NCBI GenBank assembly: GCA_017513905.1
Contig: JAFWMR010000003.1
Coordinates: 3,544 to 67,543, forward strand
Direction: 5' to 3'
Origin: Candidatus Saccharimonadota bacterium
GTDB taxonomy: Bacteria; Patescibacteriota; Saccharimonadia; Saccharimonadales; Saccharimonadaceae
Length of the DNA stretch: 64,000 nucleotides
Shown: piece after piece, positions 29,058 to 36,110 of the stretch
How positions within the stretch are numbered: position 1 is the stretch's first letter
Layout of the letters: each line of letters opens with the position of its first letter
Made by a program: the position numbers and the translations under genes
The notes under the pieces: generated by a model
What the model was told of the DNA's origin: nothing
Seen by the model: the letters and a program-made list of their open reading frames with translations, nothing else
The model's database searches: none

Positions 29058-30287
29058 CTATTTTTCTTTTGTGCAATACGGGCAATGAATATCGTCTAGT
29101 ATATCGTGAGGTGCTGTTTCCCACTCATGCCCTTTAGGACACTTCCACCAGACTTTCTTATTTGAGCTCGGGGTAATACTCGATGGCTCTGTGGCTCCAT
29201 TTTTTTCGTAGTTCCACAGCTTCAATAGATCTTGTCTAACAGTGGCCAAGTCGTTATATCCCACAATCAACTCGGTGGATGCACATTTCGGACACTTTGC
29301 GCCGTTGCATTCACTCGACACGGTACGCATGTAACTATACCCACAGTCCACACATTTCCACCAGGCTTTCATTCTTGACCACCTAGACACGCTTTCGATG
29401 TTTACTACATTCTTTTCGTAGTCCCACTTTTCTGAAATACCGGGAAAAGTTTTAATGGATTCGATAACAGTGCTGTCATTGTACAGGTCATATATCTCCT
29501 GGATATCCCTAGGTATATCAACATCAGACTCATCTACCCCTAGATAGTGAAGTACCCAGATTATTGCGGGTTTAAGGTAACTATAGTCACTGGTTATTTT
29601 GTCTACAACGAAATCTACAGATGTGCTGTTTAGCTTAGGTAACAACGGCTCTCGGACGCGTAGCAACATAATGCCGAGGCTGCTGCAGAGTTGGTTCTTC
29701 TTGATGTCTCTGTCGATGTCCTCATGCCAGTACTGCCCGTCATACTCTATTGCTATGCTTTTGCTGGGGATGAATATATCAACTTCCTTCTTCCCGTCTA
29801 TTTTTTTATTCTCTTCAACTTGGAACCCTGCCTTCCGAAGATAGTAGACAATAGCCTTTTCTGGGACAGAGGTAATCTTGTACATGTTACAGATTGGACA
29901 CGAATGATTTTTGTTTCTGCTATATATTCTGGCTTTCCACTCATGCCCTTTAGGACATTTCCACCATACAGTCTTTGTCGATCCAGCTATAACATCAGAT
30001 GGTTTGAGGTTACCATTTTTCGTGTAATTCCATTCTGCAGCGAGTTCCGGGTTGAGTGTTTCAAGGTCGTTAAAGCCCTTCAAAACTCTCCTATTTGAAC
30101 AAAACGGGCAACCTTGTCCTTTGGATACATTGTATGGCGCAGCTTGCCACTCATGTCCTCTTTCGCACTTCCACCAAACCTTTTTCCCACTGCCAGAGGT
30201 TACATCCTTAAAAGCAAGGCCAAGCTCATCATTTCGTTTATGATTCCAATACTTAGCCAACTCTGGGTGTTCGTCTTTAAGAAGCAT
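29058..30287 (-). CDS. four-zinc-ribbon protein with a central PD-(D/E)XK (Vsr/DUF559-like) nuclease-like domain
   Basis: The unit (K)VWWKC..GHEW....CP.C occurs four times. The central segment VDIFIPSKSIAIEYDGQYWH resembles restriction-endonuclease-fold proteins. TGcTATAAT lies 8 nt before the ATG. Confidence 0.7.
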   Translation of the reverse strand: MLLKDEHPELAKYWNHKRNDELGLAFKDVTSGSGKKVWWKCERGHEWQAAPYNVSKGQGCPFCSNRRVLKGFNDLETLNPELAAEWNYTKNGNLKPSDVIAGSTKTVWWKCPKGHEWKARIYSRNKNHSCPICNMYKITSVPEKAIVYYLRKAGFQVEENKKIDGKKEVDIFIPSKSIAIEYDGQYWHEDIDRDIKKNQLCSSLGIMLLRVREPLLPKLNSTSVDFVVDKITSDYSYLKPAIIWVLHYLGVDESDVDIPRDIQEIYDLYNDSTVIESIKTFPGISEKWDYEKNVVNIESVSRWSRMKAWWKCVDCGYSYMRTVSSECNGAKCPKCASTELIVGYNDLATVRQDLLKLWNYEKNGATEPSSITPSSNKKVWWKCPKGHEWETAPHDILDDIHCPYCTKEK

Positions 30288-30384
30288 ATGGGTAAATTAT
30301 AGCATATCGCGATTATAGCGATGGGATACATCGGGCGACGAATGTTTGGTCCAACTGGTATGGTATAATATCAATAACATCATG

Positions 30385-31101
30385 AGTAATCTTGACGAGT
30401 CAATCGAAAAAGCATCCGGAATCGAGAAAGTTCGATTAGTCTTAAGGAGGGCAGGTGTCGCTCTTATCGAAGATTTTTCGAGACATGAGAAGCCGCTCCC
30501 AGAATTAATTGACTGCCTGACGAAGGCATATATCTACGTATGCGATTCTTTCTACAACATGAAGTTTCTCGACATTGATAATCCAGTTTTTAAACATAAG
30601 GAAATAGTAGAATTATTCGACGGTTTGGATAAAGACAAGGAACGTGCTTTAACTATAGGTTCACGCATATGGGGAGTAGCAGTGGGGATGGCGGTTTACA
30701 AATCAGCTAAAGAAACAGGATTAGGGGTCGATTATTCAGCTGTCAGCAACTTCCTTTACGGCCTTCCATATAAGGATAAGCTCAAAAAAGAGATTATAGA
30801 AAACTCTATAAGGACAATCAATCTGTTTAAAGTCGACGATGAGGCTCATAAGTTGTCCGTGAAGCATAACGATCATGCCTTCTTCGGCCAAGTAATCACA
30901 TCAAGGGATTTAATGAGGATTTATTTGTCACTGGTAGATATAAAAAACACAGATGACGAAATCGAAGAGTGGTTTAACGCGGGGAATTTCGTAAACCCTT
31001 CGTTTACAATAGGATGTTGGACGGCCATTTCTACGTCCTATGCCCATTTAGACGTTTCGAAAGCCGTAAAAGAGATACAAGACGAATCCTTGATTAAATA
31101 A
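30385..31101 (+). CDS. hypothetical protein (238 aa from the ATG at 30385; the ORF track starts at 30346)
   Basis: Divergent from the nuclease gene. TGgTATAAT lies 13 nt before the ATG at 30385. No motif recognised. Confidence 0.55.
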   Translation, partial: SNLDESIEKASGIEKVRLVLRRAGVALIEDFSRHEKPLPELIDCLTKAYIYVCDSFYNMKFLDIDNPVFKHKEIVELFDGLDKDKERALTIGSRIWGVAVGMAVYKSAKETGLGVDYSAVSNFLYGLPYKDKLKKEIIENSIRTINLFKVDDEAHKLSVKHNDHAFFGQVITSRDLMRIYLSLVDIKNTDDEIEEWFNAGNFVNPSFTIGCWTAISTSYAHLDVSKAVKEIQDESLIK

Positions 31102-31347
31102 CATCCCTCGCCAAACAAAGTCTAAGCTACAACAGAACATAAAGGACGCATCGACAAGGTCGATGCTGAGGGGTGCGGTCGATGGGGGCTCTTCCATACC
31201 ATTGCTGTAAAATCGGTAGTAATGGGATAGTGTGGTGTGTAATAGGTAGGAAGAGGGGGAGGGGTGGTATGAATAGTAGGAATAGTTGTAGATATTGGTG
31301 TGATGGTTATGATTAATAGAGTCACTGCGTTTAGTAGAAATGGTCAT
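31048..31347 (-). CDS. possible small protein (99 aa), Tyr/His/Ser/Thr/Pro-rich, encoded across a G-free stretch of mRNA
   Basis: Its ATG overlaps the stop of the upstream 69-aa ORF (ATGA). The composition is odd, and the 3' end overlaps the convergent 30385..31101 CDS. Confidence 0.3.
   Translation of the reverse strand: MTISTKRSDSINHNHHTNIYNYSYYSYHPSPSSYLLHTTLSHYYRFYSNGMEEPPSTAPLSIDLVDASFMFCCSLDFVWRGMLFNQGFVLYLFYGFRNV
31215..31322. other. 108-nt tract with no C on the plus strand (no G on the minus strand)
   Basis: Direct reading shows C at 31214 and the next C at 31323. The tract contains GGGGGAGGGGTGG. Confidence 0.9.
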
Positions 31348-31553
31348 ACGAGCACACCGCTTTCGAGCTTGAAATTTGCGTAATTAACAGAGAGGATTGA
31401 CTGCCATCTCTTCAGTTCTTCCATGATTACCTGCCTGTCTTCGGCCGTATATTCTAACACCTTGCTCACAGGGGTAGCGTTGGTGGGCGGATTATTGTGT
31501 AAATTTTCGCCCTTATGGAGCACCATTTTTATTCCAAGACCCAAAAGGGTCAT
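31344..31553 (-). CDS. hypothetical small protein (69 aa; alternative start gives 60 aa)
   Basis: ATGA overlap with the downstream ORF suggests translational coupling. Confidence 0.35.
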   Translation of the reverse strand: MTLLGLGIKMVLHKGENLHNNPPTNATPVSKVLEYTAEDRQVIMEELKRWQSILSVNYANFKLESGVLV

Positions 31554-31692
31554 TTTTTGTCTAAAAAATAGCTTATGTGACCTCTATACGTTATAAATTT
31601 TTGCTTAAGTTTTAATTATTAAGGCAAAAGTGTTATAATCTTCCCCGAGGTTGGGCAGCACATTAATTTTTTTGAGAGGATGTGATAATCAT

Positions 31693-33843
31693 ATGGTAGG
31701 CCTCATCTTTACAGCAATAGTTGCTATTGCTGCGGTTGTCTACGTTTTCTACAACTTCTTCAAGATCAAAGCGCTTGACGAAGGAACCGAAGAGATGGTC
31801 GAAAAGGCCAGCATTATCCGCTCTGGTGCTCGTACCTTTATTGGTACAGAATACATCAGAATCGGGATTGTTGTCGCCGCAGTAGCCGCTCTCATCTCAT
31901 GTTTCATCGAACGAACCGCTGGGATTACGTTCATGATTGGCTCGCTAGTTTCCAGTGCCGCCTGTGTGCTTGGCATGGAAGATTCGACCTATGCCAACGT
32001 TCGTACCGCGAATCGCGCTCGTGAAACTAAGTCACTCTCCCAAACACTCCAGGTAGCCCTTCTTGGCGGTAGTGTACCGGGGCTCTCCGTCCCTGCATTC
32101 TTACTTATCGGATTCGTGGTTATTTGGATTGTTTATGGAGGTCCCAAGTTCGACAGTCCCGGCTCCGGTATCTTTGCAACACTCGGTAATATCAACGCTT
32201 CCGCTATGCGATTCACTACGTTCTCGCTCGGAGCATCCATCGTTGCAATGTTTAGCCGCGTCGCCGGCGGTAACTACACCAAAGCCGCCGATATCTCATC
32301 TGATATCGTCGGCAAAAACCGCTATGGCCTTGAAGAAGACGATGCACGGATTCCGAACGTTATTGCCGACTTCATCGGTGACAACGTCAACGACATCGCC
32401 GGTAATTGCTCCGACTTGCTGGAAAGCACTGGGGCCGCTACGATTGCTGCTTCGCTGATTGGCCATACTATGCACTCCAATGCAGTTTCAAAAGGTTTGA
32501 GTGGCATCACCGACAAGCTCTATAGCGCCGTTACGCTTTACCCAATACTGGTTCTTGCAGGCGGTTTGCTGAGCTGTCTCATTGGTCTGATTCTGGTCAT
32601 CCAGGTGCGCAAAAATCGTAAGGATCCGTCATCCGAAATCAACCTCATCACTTACGTTTCCGCCGGTTTGACCGTCGTGTCGTCTCTGGTGATTTCTCTC
32701 ATTGTTTTCGACAATATGCCGCTTTATGATGAGTTTATCGCCGGATGCTTCTCGCCCTGGATTACGACTGTACTCGGCATCGGATGCGGTGTAGCTGTAG
32801 GCCTTATAACCGAATACTACACCTCAACCAAATACAAACCCACGCGCAGTCTGTCAGAAATCGCAAAAGAAGGTGAAGCATTCGAAGTCACACTCGGTGA
32901 TTCCCTTGGATTCCGTTCTGTATTGCTCCCAGTCGCCTTCATCGTCGTTACTATTTTCTTCTCCGAGAAAATTGCCGGTGATTATGGCGTAGCCATGGCA
33001 GCTCTGGGCATGTTGTCCTTCGTTGGCGCAACCGTCACGATTGACGCCTTTGGCCCCATCGCCGACAATGCCGGTGGCCTCGCCGAAGCGTGCGGATTAG
33101 GTGAAGATATCCGAAAAATCACAGACGAGCTCGACTCCGTCGGGAACATGACCGCCGCTATCGGCAAAGGTTTCGCTATCAGTTCCGCGGCGCTTGCAAC
33201 CGTTTCTCTAATCAAGAGCTTCATCGGCACGTACACACCCGCCGGACAGCCGCTCGTACTGAACCTCGCAAGCGGCGACACGATTGCTGGTGCTTTATTC
33301 GGCGCCGCTCTGGTCTGCTTCTTCTCGGCAATCCTTGCCAAGAATACAATCGAAGCTGCTGCAATCATGGCCGACAAAGGCGATGCGATGCTTCGGAAAA
33401 CGCTGAAAGATGGCACTCCACCCGATTACAACCTGTGCATCCGTGAAGCAACCAAACAAGCGCTTAAGCGCATGGTCTCGCCATCACTTATTGCGTTAAT
33501 CGTTCCAGCCATCGCCGGACTTATCTTCGGGGTAAACTTCATCGGTGGTACGCTTGCTGGCGCAACATTTATCGCCGTCTGCCTCGCCATCTTCTTTGGA
33601 AACTCTGGTGGCGCATTCGACAATGCCAAGAAGTACATCGAGCAAGGCCTGCTCAAAGGCGTTTCTAAACTTATCGACGAAGAAGCCTACAAGGCTATCC
33701 ACAAAGTCGTCGTCGCTTGTGATACTATCGGCGACACTCGCAAAGACGTCATCGGCGTCGCGCTCGACATCTTCATCAAGATCATGTCGACCGTCGCTAT
33801 TACGCTGGTTCCCCTGTTCATGGCATTCAGTCTATTCGGCTGA
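31693..33843 (+). CDS. hppA: membrane-bound ion-translocating pyrophosphatase (H+/Na+-PPase), divergent in several signature motifs
   Basis: About 15 TM helices. Motifs: YTKAADISSDIVGK, DFIGDNVNDIAGNCSDLLES, GPIADNAGGLAEA and GGAFDNAKKYIE. Confidence 0.85.
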   Translation: MVGLIFTAIVAIAAVVYVFYNFFKIKALDEGTEEMVEKASIIRSGARTFIGTEYIRIGIVVAAVAALISCFIERTAGITFMIGSLVSSAACVLGMEDSTYANVRTANRARETKSLSQTLQVALLGGSVPGLSVPAFLLIGFVVIWIVYGGPKFDSPGSGIFATLGNINASAMRFTTFSLGASIVAMFSRVAGGNYTKAADISSDIVGKNRYGLEEDDARIPNVIADFIGDNVNDIAGNCSDLLESTGAATIAASLIGHTMHSNAVSKGLSGITDKLYSAVTLYPILVLAGGLLSCLIGLILVIQVRKNRKDPSSEINLITYVSAGLTVVSSLVISLIVFDNMPLYDEFIAGCFSPWITTVLGIGCGVAVGLITEYYTSTKYKPTRSLSEIAKEGEAFEVTLGDSLGFRSVLLPVAFIVVTIFFSEKIAGDYGVAMAALGMLSFVGATVTIDAFGPIADNAGGLAEACGLGEDIRKITDELDSVGNMTAAIGKGFAISSAALATVSLIKSFIGTYTPAGQPLVLNLASGDTIAGALFGAALVCFFSAILAKNTIEAAAIMADKGDAMLRKTLKDGTPPDYNLCIREATKQALKRMVSPSLIALIVPAIAGLIFGVNFIGGTLAGATFIAVCLAIFFGNSGGAFDNAKKYIEQGLLKGVSKLIDEEAYKAIHKVVVACDTIGDTRKDVIGVALDIFIKIMSTVAITLVPLFMAFSLFG

Positions 33844-33858
33844 CCAACCTCTCACCTC

Positions 33859-33888
33859 GCCCCCTTCAAAAAAGTAGGGGGCATTTTT
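33859..33888 (+). terminator. rho-independent terminator after hppA
   Basis: GCCCCCT-tcaaaaaagt-AGGGGGC followed by ATTTTT. Confidence 0.75.
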
Positions 33889-33922
33889 AATGCCTCCAAT
33901 TCTCAACCGAATCTTTACCTAC

Positions 33923-34240
33923 TTATTCAGCGTAACCACTAACAGTAGCATCAACCATCGTTGCTGCTACTTCATTCGTTTCTACAGCAGCAATACTAGT
34001 AAGCCTTGCTCGTTCCAACGCCAAATCTTCAATTTCGGCCTCTAGTTCCGCAATCTTATCATCAACTTCGTTCAGCTCATAATCATAACTTGTAGCTTTG
34101 GTCCCCTGAGTTACATAAATCAAACCAATCACAAGGACAAGTATACCCAATATCACGCCCTGAGACACGCTTCCAAGAGTTTTCGGAGTATGACGAACAA
34201 TGTTCCGATTCCGGACCCAAGTCGAACTAGATTCTCGCAT
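33923..34240 (-). CDS. ftsL: FtsL-like cell-division protein (105 aa from the ATG at 34240)
   Basis: Single TM (GVILGILVLVIGLIYV) followed by a coiled-coil (DDKIAELEAEIEDLALERARL). It lies downstream of rsmH. Confidence 0.6.
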   Translation of the reverse strand: MRESSSTWVRNRNIVRHTPKTLGSVSQGVILGILVLVIGLIYVTQGTKATSYDYELNEVDDKIAELEAEIEDLALERARLTSIAAVETNEVAATMVDATVSGYAE

Positions 34241-34300
34241 GTTTTTCTCGCAATTTTTCCTTTTTTTGTTTTTTATTTGGTTTGGTGTATATAACTTAGT

Positions 34301-34351
34301 CCGAGCCGGAGTTTCCGGGACAGAGCAATAAGTGCTCCGGGTCCGGCTCGG
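34301..34351. repeat. long GC-rich hairpin (10-bp perfect outer stem) in the rsmH-ftsL spacer
   Basis: CCGAGCCGGA ... TCCGGCTCGG with an inner GAGCA/TGCTC helix. Confidence 0.7.
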
Positions 34352-34459
34352 GAAGGTCATAAAATATTTAACACACTCTTTATTTTAGACTCCGCAACAA
34401 CCATAGTTGTGGCAGCCCTTTCGGGCCATGTCTCCCCCCATCCCCCTTTGGGTTAGACG

Positions 34460-34525
34460 TTAGCAAAAGTGAACTTTCACTTTTTGTGCACGGCTCTTGT
34501 TGGAAACAACAATTTGCTTTGGCAT
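34460..34525 (-). CDS. 21-codon small ORF with a perfect SD (MPKQIVVSNKSRAQKVKVHFC); a leader peptide or a chance ORF
   Basis: AAGGAG lies 7 nt upstream of the ATG. The ORF sits in the 378-nt spacer between rsmH and ftsL. Confidence 0.3.
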   Translation of the reverse strand: MPKQIVVSNKSRAQKVKVHFC

Positions 34526-34618
34526 ATTTTTACTCCTTTTGTTTTTATTTTTTTTATTTTTAACAATCCAAGGTTAAAGAAATACTCCACATTTCAGCAA
34601 GCCCATATATTCTCCACT

Positions 34619-35506
34619 CTACTTATAGTTCAACGGTCTTTTTGCTGCTCTCAGTTTTGCACTTCTAGCCCTGGGGTTGTTAACTAATTCAATCTCGCCC
34701 GCAACTATAGGATCTTTGTTTATAATTTCTAATTCAGATTCCTCACCAAAACTCGATGCTTCCTTAAAGAAATTCTTCACTAACCTATCCTCTAGACTAT
34801 GAAATGTAATTATTGCTACCCTTCCTCCAGGCTTTAGCACTTTCGGGATTAGCGGCAACGTTCGCTCTATTAATCCCAATTCGTCATTCACTTCTATTCT
34901 TATTGCCTGAAAAACCTTCGTTGCTGGATGTATCTTCGAGTACCTCGACTTAGCCTTTATAAAGTCAGCTAATTCTAGCGTAGTCTTAAACGGTCGAGCA
35001 TGAACGATTTCTCTCGCAAGCCTTCTCGCATTTCCTGGTCTCTCCTCGCCATACCTTACAAATATATCTACCAACTTCCCTTCCGGATAATGATTCACAA
35101 TCCTATCCGCCGTCAAGTCCTGCGTCTTATCCATACGCATATCCAACGGCCCATCCGCACGAAAAGAAAACCCTCTTTCATGTCTATCTAACTGCGGGGA
35201 AGAAACTCCAAAATCAGCCAGTACTATGTCAAAAGTCTTACCACACTCTATAATCTTCGACACTGAATTGTAAAAATCATCATTTACGATTTCTATAGGT
35301 TCACCTAAGTACTTCCCTTTTAGAAACTCCACCGCAAATGAATCTCGATCTATCAAAATCGAACCTTTATAATTCCGTGTCAAATCCAAAACTTTGCTCG
35401 CATGCCCACCATACCCTGCTGTGAGATCCAAATACGTCTCACCAAGTCTAGGGCTCAGAACCTCGAGCACTTCCGACAATAATACGGGTTTATGAAGTTC
35501 TTCCAT
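34619..35506 (-). CDS. rsmH: 16S rRNA (cytosine1402-N4)-methyltransferase
   Basis: The motif YLDLTAGYGGHA and overall MraW architecture. Confidence 0.9.
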   Translation of the reverse strand: MEELHKPVLLSEVLEVLSPRLGETYLDLTAGYGGHASKVLDLTRNYKGSILIDRDSFAVEFLKGKYLGEPIEIVNDDFYNSVSKIIECGKTFDIVLADFGVSSPQLDRHERGFSFRADGPLDMRMDKTQDLTADRIVNHYPEGKLVDIFVRYGEERPGNARRLAREIVHARPFKTTLELADFIKAKSRYSKIHPATKVFQAIRIEVNDELGLIERTLPLIPKVLKPGGRVAIITFHSLEDRLVKNFFKEASSFGEESELEIINKDPIVAGEIELVNNPRARSAKLRAAKRPLNYK

Positions 35507-35538
35507 ATGATATAAATTATATCATATGCTTCTTCTTT

Positions 35539-35559
35539 TGTTTGAGAACGCTTAACAAG
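35539..35559. repeat. left arm of a 21-nt inverted repeat (19/21 match) upstream of rsmH
   Basis: TGTTTGAGAACGCTTAACAAG compared with the reverse complement of 35798..35818. Confidence 0.8.
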
Positions 35560-35797
35560 AAATTTCAGCGTTTTTGTGTTTGTTCGATTTTTGTTTTCCC
35601 TTACACTAGATCTACCGCAATCTGCTGAAGCAAGCTTCGGCTCATATTGCGGCCGTTGAGAGATTATTGTGTAACTGGTTGCTAGACAACACTACAAGAA
35701 TGTTGTCTACAGAGTTTTAATTGGGAGGTGTTAGTTTTAGAATGTACCGACGATTTTGTTGACGCGTATCGCTAAAAGTAACCGCGCGCCAAAACTC

Positions 35798-35818
35798 CCT
35801 GTTAACCGTTCTCAAACA
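35798..35818. repeat. right arm of the 21-nt inverted repeat
   Basis: CCTGTTAACCGTTCTCAAACA. Confidence 0.8.
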
Positions 35819-35881
35819 GATATTAATGTGCTTTCGTAGATTTTTGTGTTTTGTTTTTATTTATGACATCTACTTGATAAA

Positions 35882-35910
35882 AGTATAAACGGTTTTTTTA
35901 TAAAAAGCAA
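35882..35910 (-). promoter_or_regulatory. putative distal promoter reading toward rsmH
   Basis: On the minus strand: TTGCTT, a 17-nt spacer, then TATACT. Confidence 0.4.
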
Positions 35911-35947
35911 GACTATTTTAAAACATTTTTTAACATTATTTAAATAT

Positions 35948-35968
35948 TTTTCCACAGTCTGTGGAAAA
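35948..35968. promoter_or_regulatory. perfect 10-1-10 palindrome containing two inverted DnaA-box-like 9-mers (TTTTCCACA)
   Basis: TTTTCCACAG-t-CTGTGGAAAA next to about 90 nt of roughly 85% AT sequence. Confidence 0.4.
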
Positions 35969-36059
35969 CCACTTCCCCGTTGTATCCCTGTCAGATGCTC
36001 TTAACGACGGCGCTCCGTATAATTTGACTGTCTTGAATTTCCAGATCAATATGTTGTTT

Positions 36060-36094
36060 AAAAAAACGGCGGCTCATCAAAACTGCCGTTTTTT
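36060..36094 (-). terminator. rho-independent terminator of the 36111..37127 gene (bidirectional shape)
   Basis: AACGGCGG...CTGCCGTT flanked by an A-run and a T-run. Confidence 0.75.
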
Positions 36095-36110
36095 ATACCT
36101 TAATTTACAA

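Larger units (their letters stand above)
26341..31560. mobile_element. putative integrative island flanking tRNA-Gly (serine recombinase plus unknown cargo); the right boundary is not defined
   Basis: A recombinase gene abuts the tRNA, six ORFs have no housekeeping identity, and the block interrupts dcw-cluster synteny. I found no direct repeats, which is expected for serine recombinases. Confidence 0.5.

Noticed and set aside
31122-31325. 67-aa Thr/Pro-rich alternative frame across the C-free tract
   Set aside because: It competes with the 99-aa frame, which has an ATGA coupling to the upstream ORF. Both frames are open largely because a G-free mRNA excludes TAG and TGA stops and limits TAA, so an open frame here is weak evidence of coding.
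31535-31560. Hairpin GACCC-aaaa-GGGTC followed by ATTTTTT, resembling a plus-strand terminator
   Set aside because: No plus-strand gene ends nearby, and the hairpin overlaps the start of the 69-aa minus-strand ORF. It may be a remnant of the pre-insertion locus or mark the island boundary, but the evidence is too thin to call.
34390-34525. In-frame continuation after the TAA of the 21-codon sORF, giving a Cys-rich peptide (..MARKGCHNYGCCGV) that could be a RiPP-like precursor
   Set aside because: It requires TAA read-through, and TAA is clearly used as a stop elsewhere in the window. The Cys codons coincide with hairpin stems, so RNA structure explains the sequence better.
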